DNA of 50,734 nucleotides, the filler included, from Sphacelaria rigidula (taxonomy: Eukaryota): the NCBI GenBank assembly GCA_964200075.2. It is 3 parts of 3 records of this genome, joined end to end, with 100 filler letters (N's around TTAATTAATTAA, not from the genome) between each part and the next. Parts side by side here need not be neighbours in the genome. Positions count along the whole stretch, not along the records: positions 1 to 16,846 come from CAXNAA020001237.1; 2 more parts are not named here. One strand, 5' to 3'. The translations under genes and the position numbers were made by a program. Within the stretch, counting starts at the first letter, position 1. Every line of letters begins with the position of its first letter. Under the pieces are notes generated by a model. The model was not told where the DNA came from. It made no database searches and saw only the letters and a list, made by a program, of their open reading frames with translations. Positions 1 through 12,909 of this stretch are shown here, piece by piece.

Positions 1-62
1 GGTCGATGTATTTCGGCTCGCTGTGATTGGGTAGGTCGCTCGAAGACTTTTTTTTTATTATT

Positions 63-141
63 CCACTAACACAGGGTCAACCCTGTGTTAGTGGGGGTCC
101 GGTCCCAAAAGGGTTCAAGTGCGACAATCAATCAATCAATC
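63..141. repeat. Repeat end: 14-bp perfect hairpin, shared TIR-like end and (CAAT)n tail
   Basis: ccactaacacaggg-tcaa-ccctgtgttagtgg at 63-94. tccggtcccaaaagggttcaa at 98-118 recurs at ~33566-33586. A caatcaatcaatcaat run follows. Confidence 0.6.
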
Positions 142-985
142 CAAATCAGCGGCGGTGCCGTGCGTTACCAGATTGGTCTGCAGAGGTCACACCGATATAC
201 TCAAGTCGGGCTGATTTGGTATACTTGATAAGTTATGGTGTGACATGAAAATGTGGGATTTACTGCTGGCCCAGCTTGTAGGTCGCCGAAGACACTGCCA
301 AAACACACCTGAAGGGTTGATGGCCATATATTGATATAAGGGGCCTCACATGACCGTACGCAACGAAGCTTCATGAGGACAGTTTCTGATTGGCTCGTCT
401 GACATAAATCTAGTCCTTGTCATCCTTCATGATCGGGGCGCTCCAAGGGTGCCCCATGCTGTAGACCTTTGTCCTTCATTCATGCTTTCGAATAATTCGC
501 ATAAATTACTGTACGCATTTTTGTTTTTCGGTCTTCCACACTAACATCGAGTAATTGTAACGCCTCGACGGAGTTCCGCTTCAAAATGACCCCCTTCAAA
601 ACAAGATGCATATTTTTTGGAAATCAAGCGCACAAAGCGCAAAGGCCTACAATTCTGGAATTAAATGGCGACAGCATTGGAATATAACTTTATGCTACGA
701 ATATATATTTTTTCATTTATTACAACCGGAAATAGCTGAGTTTAGAATGCACGAGTCTGCAATCTTGACAACGCTTCACGCGTGCAGAATACCTACCACC
801 CATCACACACATTTCCACGGCTTCACGTACATCACCAGCCGTCAAAATGAAGACACATGTTCCCGCCTGTAAGCCGACGAATCGCTTGGGGCAGCGCTGA
901 TTAGAGGGATTACAACCCTCGGATAGAAACCCGAGTCCAACAGTCTAACCAGCTGTTGGACCCCGCTCGTACTTTTGTGTGATAT

Positions 986-1043
986 ACAAAATATCTACTG
1001 AGCTAACAGTCAGCGCTGACTGTTAGCTCAGTGGATATGTTGT
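986..1043. repeat. Near-perfect 58-bp palindrome
   Basis: acaaaatatctactgagctaacagtcagc|gctgactgttagctcagtggatatgttgt; 29-bp arms, 2 mismatches, no loop. Confidence 0.9.
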
Positions 1044-1874
1044 CCATCTAACATAACGTACTGTCGCACACTGGTGGATGCCCCCTGGGGCTTGTTCGCC
1101 ACGAGTACAGCACATTCTTTTCCCGACGATCTTGTGTCATCAACCCGTCAAGAAGTGTCAGGTAATTGGCAGTGAAGGCATCAGCTATGTAGTATTGACA
1201 TTCTGTGGAACGAAGGAAAGCGGCTCGTGACAGACTGAACGGGACGGTAAATGACGAGTAGTCAAACGTTTGAAGTGACGTCGTCATTCGCACACCCCGT
1301 TCCCTCACTCCGGCCTCTACCGGAACACGGGGTGTTGTGGGAGCGACGAGCAGATTTACAGACAGTAGGTGTCATCGCGTAGACACGGCGGCGCTGGAGA
1401 CAGACATCCTTTTACAAGTGTAGTAGTCTTGTGCCGCGAAAGGGCATGTGACACGGTTGCGGAGGACGAATCGAAAAATTACTGATTTTCAGACAAGACT
1501 TTCAAATTCATCGTTCTTCCGCCCCACAACGTCCTAAGAGCGTTAAAATCCACGTTACCATCGCCATCCAACTAAAGGCAGCGAGGGGCACCACTAAAGT
1601 ACATCACAGACATGTGACACACGGTGGATGCAGCATTCGCTAAGTCCAGAGCTGGCACTAGGGGCATGAGGCTAGATACAGCAAGTGCACCCTGATACAT
1701 TCTTTCAGCTGAGGGAGAAGGGAGACGGGGGAGGAAGGAGGGGGCGGGGCATATCTTCGAACTTGCTTGTGACAGAACAATCGTGAGTCGCCTTCCTCCG
1801 CACCCCCCAACGTCCTGTTCGAGCCCCCCAACGAAGAATACAATGTATGCCCACGGAGCTCAACTTCTCTATAC

Positions 1875-2178
1875 CCTCCCAACCCCTGTGTGCACCGCAG
1901 TAAGCCACCACCGCGTGTAGTGCAAGTTCTCCGCTGTTATGTCGATCGTTACGTTCATACCTGCTCGTTGTTGATGTTGGCGGAAGATCAAGTTGCTCTT
2001 GATGTTCCTGCTGCTGCGGAAAATTGGAGATTGCGCGTGCAGCTGTTGTGTCGTGACTGACTTGTCCCCTAGACCACCCTGCTGCCTGGGTGTGGAAAGC
2101 GCGCACACTACTACCGCTCAAGGCTACCGTTATTGCCAACCCCAGGGCAGCGTACGTCGACCGCGATGCGCTCGTCAT
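1875..2178 (-). CDS. First exon of a probable plastid-targeted protein (bipartite presequence); weak TruA-like N-terminus
   Basis: MTSASRSTYAALGLAITVALSGSSVRA-F is a hydrophobic signal peptide with Phe at +1, followed by an S/T/Q-rich transit-like stretch and LALHAVVAYCGAHRGWE. The 3' boundary (gtatag donor) is approximate. Confidence 0.6.
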
Positions 2179-3245
2179 GGTTGATGGAAACAACACCAGC
2201 AAACAGAACTGCAACGAAGAGCCGATTTGTTCTGGTACACTACGTATCCTGCGCTGACTATAATGCAGCGAGATTACGAAAGATTCTGGTAGAATGGCGA
2301 CCCCGTGATCACTTGCGACACTCCCACCGTGCGTACTAATGCCGAGAGGGTATGCGTACGTGTACGCTGGTAGGAGGGCAGAGGGGGGAGGAAGGTGGTG
2401 GCAGGAGGTTGTATTTTAATGCAGGCTGGTACTGTGTGCTTTTGTCTGCCGGCACTAAATACTATTATGCACTGGTACCCTGAAGCCCTGTGTTTTGGTC
2501 ATATTCGTCGATAGACGCCTCCCGGACGTACGTCAAGTTGTCGGTTTTTTGCGTCATCGGATCTTAGCCTTTGATTCATGTTTCAGTGAGTCAAAACCAT
2601 ACCATCTCATGAAAATGAATAAATGTGAAAGGACGTGATGTCGCCCAAACAGAGGAATTCATGGGCTTACCATGACTGAAGATCAAGCTCAGGGTTCAAG
2701 GAGTCTCCATAATTGGAAAATGACAGGACAATACAAGGTGCAACGAATGGTTGATTGAAACTGTCATTTTCGAGTTGAGTTTCGTCGACGAGGATCCGAC
2801 GGCTCATGGGTTAGTAAAGTATACCGACAGCGAGTGCAGACGCAGGTGAGGTGGGGAGATCGCATCACCATGTAGAATACATATAGCTTGTTTCTTTATC
2901 GCTGCGGAAATACTCATTGCGTGTGGCCACTCACTGTAGTCAGTCAATAGTACGTTCTTCAAGGCAAGTCGGTTCATCTTCAGGAAATGGGGGCATCGGC
3001 GGCTACCATGTACTCGACGGGTGGATCATGGGGACTCAGGACCGTCTCCGTCTGCGACCTGATGGAACAGGTGCATTTTACGGCCTAACGTTGAAAAGAT
3101 GAGGTGCATGCAAGACGCGAAGCCGTGGATGGCGTAATATTTCTGGTACAACTATCTGCACAACACGAGTACAGCGCCGCCCTATTTTTTCACCTACTTT
3201 GTAACCGTACAGTAACAATAACAGAAACAGAACAACAGTATTATA

Positions 3246-5252
3246 CCGGCTGGTTCAGGGTGAATGCCCAAACTTTATCCCCCACCATCAGTTCAGAACG
3301 CAAAACGGACCCGATAGAAACATATTCGGCATCATAGTGACCCCCGCGAGCAAGCGAACAGTGCGTCATGGCCAGACTTTTCCTGGCGTCCTTTGCCGTG
3401 GCGCTGGTAGTAAAAATGTTTCTCGGCCAATGGGGGGCCTTCAAGTTGTTCTGAAATTTAAAATGCGAATTCCCGACCCAATGTGCTCTCAATCTCATCA
3501 CGAATCAAACCTTAGTAACCGTCATCGGCTAGGGAATCTAACGCAAAAAAACATATTTGAAAACGGTTTGTGTGGGATCGTTATGCCCCTAAACGTTGTA
3601 TTTCGGTGATGTGGGGTTTTGGCGTCGTCAAATTTCCAGTGATGAATATGCATCGAAGGATGAGAAAGGCTCTTGGTGTTTTCCCTTGTAACTTTCGTAG
3701 AAAAGCTTTGATCATCCTCAAACTTGGCAATTTGGTAGATATGAGAGCGATTAATGGGGAAGAATTTTTTCAGAGAATATTCCAAAGTTTATCCGCTCTC
3801 TATCGGCTTCCGGGGGTCCCAGCGTGAAGACCTAGCTTCAGAAGCTGGCACAGATTTCTTCTGACTTGAAAAATCGAATTTAATTCGTCCCGAGGTTATC
3901 CAAGGAATGTACAAACTTTCGTTGCGTAAGGCCGCTCCTTATGGTAAGCACAGAAACATCCCTGATAAAATGCGTTCTTGGTCCTTCTTCGTCGTTTCAC
4001 CCCCTAAGGCCAACTCTAATTGGAACTGTTCAAAAACCCTGTTGAAAACTGCGGCCAGCGGGAAATGCAAAGTTGCCCTGAAACGGCCTCAACCAGTAGA
4101 CCAAGTCATTCCAAGGTGTCAACATCTGCTTGGTCCTCTATTCGGGCGCAAGATGACGGATAAGGGCCCAAGGGGCAGTTTTCAACAGCAATTTTGAACG
4201 GCTCCCAGTAGAGTTGGTATCAAAGAAAGCTAGGTAGAGTTTGACACCTTGAAATGGCTTGCTCTACTCGTTCAGACTGTTCCAGGACATCTTCGCCTTT
4301 TCCGGTGGGCGTAATTCTTCCTTGCCAAACTTGTATGTTTGTCCAAGAACATCAAAAACGGCCAAATCTAGAAGATACCGATATTTTGCTCTGGACTTGA
4401 CCGTCTCTGGACAAGAATACTTGTTGAGCTGAGGAAAAAACTGCGCCCATCGTAAGACACGAAGACGTCCTGGAATCGGCTTGACGAGTAGAGCAAGTCA
4501 TTCGAAGTTGTCAAACTCCACCTAGCTCTCTTTTAGGGCGTAAAACGATGAAGGACAAGAAAAACATTTTACAGACTCGAAAAGCTGATCTCAGACTGTC
4601 GATTCAAGCTCAAGTGCACGAACAAAACGTCGGTAGCATACTCTAATCAGGTGGTTAGGGAGATTCCGCGTACGATCGACTGCTGCCGAGATAGCCCCCC
4701 CCCGAACCGGCCAAAAAAGTGCATGAAGGCGATGATCATTAATGCCGTTAGTGCTGGTTTCGTGCTGCGCGACGCGATTCATTTGTACGTTTTAGCTGAT
4801 TATGGACTGCCACGCGCCTCGTATGTGGGCGGAATTGCTGCAGACAAGCCCGATAGTGGGATCGCAGCCGGTTTGTCGGACGGTCTCCGGTGCACTTTCT
4901 GTGGGGGGGCTATCTCGGCAGTAGTCGATCGTATACTTCAACGCACATACATATAGGCGATCCTTCACGCCGTGTTTTCAAGTTAGACCCTGCAAATTTT
5001 GCACACGGGTGCTCTGAGATATATAGAAATGCTGTAAGAATGGGCTCTTCGATTTCATTTTCCGCCAGATATCCGGGGTCTCAGGCCTCCTGGGATCCCG
5101 GGTATTTGGCGAAAAGAAATCGCAGAGCCATTCATACAGCCTTCCTAGATATCTCAGATCACCCGTGTGCAAAAACTCAGGGTCTGACTCGGAAACACGG
5201 CGTGAAGGGTCGCTGGGGAGTGAGTTCCGGTCGCTCACCCTGAACCAGCCTT
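3246..5252. mobile_element. Non-autonomous Tc1/mariner-like TIR element (~2 kb) with TA target duplication
   Basis: ggctggttcagggtga (3248-3263) has a perfect reverse complement at 5235-5250. TA at 3244-3245 and 5253-5254. No transposase ORF; several internal foldbacks. Confidence 0.75.
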
Positions 5253-7432
5253 TACAATCTCAGAGAGTACAGTATACATATACTCCGCGTGACACATTCG
5301 TATATACCTATGCTCGAATTGGCATACCGACGCCGACAAGCTGAGATGGATCATGTCGATGCCATGATCAAAAGACGTGGCAGTTGGCATTGCGTTGCCA
5401 GCACGCCCAGTACAGTCTGACATGCATTGTATTTCCGTACCATCCACTACTTCATCATGTCAACCGTGTTTCTTTCGTACCCATAGGTTCATTCGTGCCT
5501 CGTGACGGTGGAGAGAGAGTTTCTGTTGTCCTCTTTGGACGAAATGCATCGAAGGACTGACTCGATTTTCGATGGAAGTGAGTGAACGGACAAAGCGCAT
5601 TTGATTCCCTCTTCAGTCGGCAGTCCCTTGAAAATCAGAAATTTTTGCAGTCCGCCTGCCAAGGGATTCCGAAGTTTCGAGGCGGCGGATGATGTGAACT
5701 TGTTACGTGCCGGTACGGTTTCATTCGCCTTGCGTATTTGTGCGACGTGGCAATAAAAGTACAACATAAGTAGTTGTCGGGTGGTCGTTCGCGCCGCCTC
5801 CGTCGAGCTAGCACGACAGTACAGTTTGATTGCCAGCGACTTACCCATACTCCCAAGCTACTTGCGTATCAGGGGCGCGTTCGTGCCGTTATTCGTATTC
5901 GAGAGCCCCATGAAACTGTCGAGTAAGAGGATAGGGCATAGACGTATCGTGATATTCGCGTATTAAGTCCTGTTCAAAAGAGCGAGAAGGAGTTTTGCTA
6001 GCACCCCTGAATTCTTCTACGATACACAGTGCAATACCCCCTCCTAATGCAAACCGCATTCTGTTGTATGTGGGACGAAAACCAAGATGCTTGACCTTTC
6101 CTGCCGTGTATTGACCCAGTCAGAGGTGGATGAAGGTATTCACCCGCGGGGGCGAATATAAAGAATATGCGTCTGTCTAGTCGTCTATACGGTTTCGGTG
6201 ACTACGTTCAACATTTCGAGTACGACACTCAAGGCAAGGCTGCACAAGCGGTGGTCTAGCCCTGACTTCCATAACTCACCTTGAAGAAATTAACCGTTTT
6301 CACGGTGCTCCGTCATGCACAGGCACATCTCGAAATACACGAGGAATGATCATGTACGTGTTAGATACAAAGAAAAATGCATTTAGTCTCTGATCCACAC
6401 TTTCTTATACGGCAAATTACATGTCCATATCTACTCTCAACGCAACGCCGTCAAACTGGTGATGAACCGGTGTTGAATTCAGTAGCTTCCTGGGTTACAC
6501 CAGTAGGTCCTGAGTGATTACTGGATATGCACGGTATTCGCCACGACACCGCGGGGGTGCAGCAGGAGCCGAGCTGCGGAGCTATAAGAGCGGTGTTGAT
6601 GTGGCCGTGCGTGAAATGCACAGACAACAACGATTACTTTCTTGCAAGTAGGCAGACACACCGTACTACGGTACAGTGCAGCACCGTGGTTTTTGGTGGC
6701 GAGATAGCGTCCCTGCAAAGGCGATCATCATGGCGCGTTGGCTGGACACTTACTGCGGAAAAGAAAATCCTCGACCGGAAACTCGTGAAATTGAGGAAGG
6801 AGTCAGCGGTTAATATGCAAACTGTTTGTTCGAACGGACGTTTGTCTCACGCCGGGCTTTTTGGTGAAGGATTTTGTAACCGACAAGCACGCTTGCAACA
6901 ATTCACAAAACAATTCGCACACAGAGCGATGCAAATGGCGCTTGCGAGGTCACCAACAAGGCATGGAAAGCTTAGCGCCTTCTGGCATCTTACCTGGTAT
7001 ATTTCGGAATTTGGGGAACATGGGCTTGTGTGACTTGGGTGTTTAGCTCGGGGCACAAGAACAGCGTCTGTTTTCTTTCAAAGTTTACGGGAAATATATA
7101 TATATATATATATATCTTTATGCGAACACACAACAGGCACCAGTGCCTGACGGCAGAATGATGCATCTACATAACCTACAATCGCCAGGACAACTCCAAT
7201 CAGCCGATTTTTGAAGGGTGCACCGTAATATCAGCGTTTCTGCCGGATTCTGGAACGCATGCCCCATATTCTCTCGGAATAAAAAACATTACTCGATTCG
7301 AGACGGCGTACAGCCCGCCGCGGGTAAAAGTGGCTTGTTTTACCCGTCCGGCGTGATTCCGTTGCAAGTCGGTCACCCAGACACGTCCCATGCGTCCTCT
7401 CTGCGTCGTTCAACGTGAACCGTTTTTCGTAG

Positions 7433-7658
7433 AAAAACAAGCCGCGGCATTTTACGAGCAAGGAGCTGTGGAAGTCTTGCTGGAAATGCTCAACATGTTC
7501 AAGTTAGACGAGGTTTTTCTACGCCAAGTGATAAAAACGCTCATTCCCTTGGTTGGGCAAGACGGTGAGAAGGCCGGGTGGGGGCGGTCGGGAACGCTTA
7601 ATTTCTCTTCCCCGGTAGGCTCAGCCATTGAGCAAACACAAGCATGGCAGGCGAATAG

Positions 7659-7716
<58 letters not shown>

Positions 7717-10700
7717 TGTCGTCATTTCGCTTCCTCCGTTTGTCTGTGCCGGCGGACGCTTCTCGGAGGCACGCACGAACGCCGCACGAAATGTGATGAT
7801 ATGTATTGCGCTGTTGGTGAATGTTTATGTAGACATTTGTCAGTAAGTCGTATCAGTGTCAATTGCTGCCGAGTGTGCTTGAACGCAATCAGCCTCCTTT
7901 TAACCGCTAAATCTGAGGTGATGTAAGTGTTAGGCCTCTCTATGCTTCAAACTGCCGACGTACGCGTTCACCGTATCTCGATTGTACGTTGTCGTTCATC
8001 CCTGACCAGATATTTCACACGATACTACCGCACTCACTGAGCGACTGAGGGGTCACACCCTTCCTTGCTCAGAACTACACACGGGCTGCCCAACAGCTTT
8101 CGACAAACTGACGAGATATGAAAACTTTGTCCATGCAGTGGGTCTCAAGCGAGTAATGAGAGATAACTCCGACTACTAAGGGGTAGCTCTCGTACTGGTG
8201 TGTGACGGCCTATGGATAAGGTGTGCTTCCCCCCCCCCCTAACTGTGAGAGACACAAACATGTTCGGACAGTATCACAATCCGAGAGAGTTTCGTTGTCC
8301 CCAAATGCTGCAGCATGCTGAGTGCTGAGTGCCGGTCGCTCCTGTCTCAGTTGGTAACCTCGAATCGCTCTGACAGTTGGGTCGTGGATTTGAATCTGGG
8401 TGAAGTTACACGAACTGGGACTTTTTCTCACACCATGCCCAACAGTGGACAGCGATTATTTCGTGGGTACACAAGATTCGACTTCACGGTCGACAAGGAA
8501 AAGGGACCGCTGAACTCCTCCTGCATACGGCAAGCACCATAAAAGGACGGTGGAGCACTAAAACAAAACAAAAGAAGAAAAAACATGTGTTGGCCTTACT
8601 CCTGTGTGATCCCGACTGATGTGCCCACATATATCGAAATGTGCAGATTCGCGTCCAGAATAGATGGGATGGCAACACATACGCTGACCCCACCTCGTGC
8701 GACTGATAATGGACCAACTAGAGCATAGCGACGACTTACGAGACACGAAGAGGTTTGCAAGGTTGTGCTCTGTAGGGTACGGTTTTCTACGTACCCGGGG
8801 TATTTTGCCGGGTATTTACCGTACCCGACAGTTTTGTGACTTCTATAAGACTTTCATACCGGTACCCGACAGTTCTGTAATCTCTGTAAGACTTTCATAC
8901 CCTTACCCGATATATCTATAATCTCTGTAAGACTCCCGTACCGTTACCGGGGGGCACGGGTACGCTTTTCATAGAATACCTGATTGCGGGTATGGTTTTC
9001 TGTGCAACCTCCACACCCTACCCGACAGTTTCTGTGCGTTCTGCAAGGCTCCCATACCCTTACCCGACACTTCTGTGAGTTCTGTACAGAATGTTTACCC
9101 GTACCTGGAACGCGGGTATGCTCTTGAAGAATACCCGATTGCCGGTTACGGTTCTCTGTAAGTCTCCCATGCCGTACCCGACAAGTTCTGTAAACTCTGT
9201 AAGACTCTCATCCAGTACCGGTACCCGACAGTCCTGTAAGCTCTGTAAGCCTCCCATACCCCTACCCGGGGTTAGAGTATACCGTGATAGATACATCCGA
9301 TTGCAGGTATGAGCAAAGGTATATACCTTGGGGAGAGACGGATATAGGTTCAATCCAAACACAACCTCATGACCTGAACATCTACCTCCCATCGATCAAC
9401 CCACCCAACTCCTTAATTCACAACTGCACACCAACAACAATTCAATGCTGAAAATTTCTTTAGTTTGGGATCTGACGGGATACGAGGTACCACTGAGTGG
9501 AAACACGAAACATGAGCAGCACCGCAGACCATCAAAATGGATCACCCCCAGACTCGAGCGGTGGCTCGAGCGGGGACGGTTCACCTGCGCCACCAGGGGA
9601 TAAAGTAGCAAGACGCACGTCATCGACGTTGATGGTGGTTGTGTCGTGGTCATCACACCCCAGGTCGTTATCGATATGTATAGCACAGAGTATGAGCTGC
9701 GACCGAAAGTCGTCAAGGCCGTCCGCGATTTTGTCGCGTGCCGAAGGGCTTCCAGAGAACGGACAGTCGTGAAGGTTCCTCCATGTACTCTCTGAGCGTG
9801 TACGTGAAACCGATAGATGTTGACGATTCCGTACACATGTACTACTGCGACTATTCGTGTAGTCCTTCTCTATCAATCCCGTGAAGTCGTTTAGAGTTTT
9901 CAGTAACCATCATCTGTATTTCGCCACTGTTGCAGAGACGTCGGTCCCACCACAGGGGTGATGATAATACCAAGGTCGTGTTTTGTAGGGCACGGTTTTT
10001 CTGTATACCCGGGGTATGTTGTCGGGTATTTACCGTATCCGACAGTTCTGTAAAGTTTGTAAGATTTCCATACCGGTACCCGACAGTTCTGTAATCTCTG
10101 TAAGACCTTCATACCCGTACCTGATGGTTCTGTGAGTTCTGTAGGCCTCCCGTACCGTTACCGGGGGGCACGGGTATGCTCTTGATAAGATACCCGGTGG
10201 CGTGTACGGTTTTCTGTGCAACCTTTATACCGTACCCGACAGTTTCTGTGCGTTCTGTGAGCCTCCCATACCCTCACCAGACAGATATGTGAGTTCTGTA
10301 CAAAGACTTTACCCTAACCCGAGGGCTGGGTTTTATACCCGAAGAGAGTTACCCGATTGCCGGTTCCAGTTTTCTGTAAGCCTCCCATACCGCACCCGAC
10401 AAGTCCTGAAATTTCTGTAAGACTTTCATATCGGTACCCGACAGTTCTGTAGGTTCTGCAAGGAATCTCATACCCTACACAACGTACCCGTACCTCACAG
10501 AACACAACCTTGGAGGCTCGGACAGCATCGCCATCGGAGAAAAAATTGGTTTCCCCTAATGCTACAGAATGCTGACTCCAGCTCGTGTAGCTGGAAATAA
10601 ATCACCCGAAGCACAACGGCGACTCGCGCTGTAGCGCGCCTTGAGCGGTTCCAAAGCCTTCTAACTAGGTCATCATGTGCACTACCCAGCGAACTCTTAC

Positions 10701-12793
10701 GCAGGCTTCACCCTACCTACACGCAGATGCTATCCTCGACCATTTCCTGGATCTGGGCGGTCGAGACGTTCTGGATCAAACGCTAGAAATGCACAAGCTA
10801 GACTACTACATGTGAGCAACATGTGCCATTCGTGTTCAGCCACGAGGCAGCAGTTCTCACTGAGTTTGTATTGATGCCTTCGTTCCGACCGCGTGTCCAA
10901 AATCTTGGTTGATTGATTGGCTCGCACACGAACTTCAGACATGTATTTATCTGTTCAAGTCATCACCTACAGCTTCTCACAGTTTTCAAGGCACACTCAT
11001 GTCAGTTCTATCTCGGTTTCTATATATTCAGCCATTCCCGTCGTTGACTCAAAGGCACCAATTATTTCTGTGGATTGCCACTATTACAGCTCGAAGGACA
11101 GCATGAGACTGAAGGCGATCATTCGAAGATACGCGAAGGGGGTTGCGCGGAGGGATGCGGCTAACGTGATTAAAGCCTGCAGGTGCGACAACCGCTGCGC
11201 ACGAAATGCAGCACGGAGTCCGCATGCAGCATGTATGCTCCGCGTGAACAAGATACAAATATCATCACGCTACTACCGCCCTTCACTCTATGCTATCGGT
11301 TCACTGTGCTGGCATCGTTTGCAACCAGGGTTGTACAAACGCAAACGCTCTTTCAACGCTGAATCCCGACGGCCTTGCTACACAATCCTGTGACGAACAG
11401 GTACTGTCGGTGTTGCCGGCCGTTGGTCGACTGTCCAACTCTTCTTGGTCCGGCCGGAAATACCGATTTTCCTCAAAGAAAGCTGAGCCTGAAAGGTATC
11501 GGTGGGAAAGGATTATATATGGATGGGAAAGGAGCGACACTGGATGCTTACTTGGATGAAGATCACTTACACGACGCTTTGGCTGATGATCTGGAGCGAA
11601 TTGAGCGACTGTTGGACCACATGGAGAAGTGAGGAATGACTAAAATGCACGTGCAGTAGTACATAAATGGGTAGCAAATGCGCGGTCGCTGGGATCCAGA
11701 TGTACGTTCACGTCGATGTTGGCGGGGATTTGCTGTGTTCCATGGGGTGTATTGGGCTCGAAGCAAGACTACGTGAAACACCGAAACGATACGTCGCGCC
11801 CCCACCCCCCTCCCGATCATCGTTGCATCAGTCTGGGTTGGCAGAACAGCGTGAAGAACTAGATAACTTCGCGATAAGAACGTGGGGCGATTTGTAAGAA
11901 ATCGCTTACTTACTTGCTTGGTATTTCGCAGGAACCCGAAGATTGTGGACGTCATCGAGCCTTGCGTTGATGCCCTGATCGCCGTAGGCAAGGCAGGTGA
12001 GGTTGTACTTTCCTGGTCGAACGTCTTCGACGGTGGACGATGGGCTCCCTCTATCGCAACGCGCTCGGTGGGCAAACAGAGCGCGTGGGTTTGTACATTC
12101 GTTTCTACAGCGTCTGTTCCACCGAACGGAAAAAATGTTGGCTTTCGAGAGCAGTGGCTGAGGTATCGCTCTGGTCGTCGAAAAACACTCGTGCGTAAAA
12201 ACCGGCACTACAGTAGTCACCAGAGACGTGTCATGTACGAGTAGGTGGCCATGCTTTGTCAAGTTAGAAGTCTAACTCACAGAATATGGGTACGACTTGC
12301 TCCATTCGGTCCGAACACGGATGCACGAAAACGGGCAGCGTCGACAGAAGCCATCGTGGAGAGCCAATGCGTCGTCAAATTGGTCAAGGCGATGAAGACC
12401 TTTCCAAAAACCAGGTCATTGCAATGGAAGGTGAGAACGCAGAGAGCAGCGAATCGGCAAAGCTTTGGTTTCTGAGGGTGGTCTTCAGTTCACGAAGAAG
12501 AGTAGTATGCAATGACAGTACTTACACACGAGGGTAGCAAGCATCCAGTCATCGGTCATCCTGTACCGACAAATCCTAACGAGACGCTGTACGGAACCGT
12601 AAACGAAGGTCCACGACGTCTGAAAAAGATTAGGGTCTGCTGGCTATCATTTACATGGCGAAGAAGGATGCCGTTTGCTTTGATCTCGGGAAGGCTGGCG
12701 TGGTGCAGCTGCTGTTGGAAATGTGGACCAAGTGGGAAGACGATGAAATGCGGCAGCTAATCCTCTGGGCCATGAATGACGTGTCCCGACTTG
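7433..12793 (+). CDS. Internal exons of an armadillo/HEAT-like repeat protein: 7433-7564, 10727-10811, 11090-11182, 11479-11628, 11932-11996, 12339-12430, 12634-12793
   Basis: All exons have AG/GT boundaries and matching phases, giving one open frame: ...AAAFYEQGAVEVLLEMLNMFKLDEVFLRQVIKTLIPLVGQD-DAILDHFLDLGGRDVLDQTLEMH...AIVESQCVVKLVKAMKTFPKTRSLQWKGLLAIIYMAKKDAVCFDLGKAGVVQLLLEMW.... This shows the ARM-like G-x-V-x-x-L-L helical pattern. Start and stop not located; extra 5' exons may lie in 2650-7000. Confidence 0.85.
7659..7716. repeat. (CAA)n microsatellite, intronic
   Basis: Uninterrupted caa run downstream of the donor at 7565. Confidence 0.95.
8330..8680 (+). mobile_element. tRNA-derived SINE, diverged copy of family 1
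   Basis: Colinear with 47760-48118: gccggtcgc...ctcagttggtaacctcga...ttgggtcgtgg head, gggtacacaa...gtcgac body, cctgtgtga...gcccacat 3' part. Confidence 0.75.
8758..10512. mobile_element. Two copies (8758-~9330 and 9971-10512) of a subterminal-repeat-rich TIR element, probably hAT-like
   Basis: Left ends caaggttgtgctctgtaggg (8758) and caaggtcgtgttttgtaggg (9971); right end cctcacagaacacaaccttg (10512). Many gtacccgacagttctgt(a/g)a motifs. Outer flanks gaggtttg and gaggctcg match at 6/8. Confidence 0.8.
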
Positions 12794-12909
12794 GTGAGAG
12801 ACCAGGAGCACTACCAGCATCGTGCGCTATTATTTTATGAAAGTCTGGTGGAAGAAATGTGTGGGACGCAAGTATTTTACACAAACGTTCGTCCGTTACG
12901 TTAAAAAAT

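Noticed and set aside
2650..7000. Candidate 5' exons of the ARM gene (e.g. ~2985-3070, ~5487-5578, ~5651-5712, ~5837-5922, ~6500-6800)
   Set aside because: Some have plausible splice sites, but I could not chain them into one stop-free frame, so they are left unannotated.
7628..7846. Poly-Q or poly-T protein ORFs
   Set aside because: Translations of an intronic (CAA)n microsatellite.
8697..8752. Extra ARM-gene exon LIMDQLEHSDDLRDTK
   Set aside because: No clear acceptor, and exons 7433-7564 and 10727-10811 already join in phase.
8800..10480. CRISPR-like recurrence of gtacccgacagttctgt
   Set aside because: Spacing is irregular and the intervening sequences are homologous; these are subterminal repeats of a TIR element.
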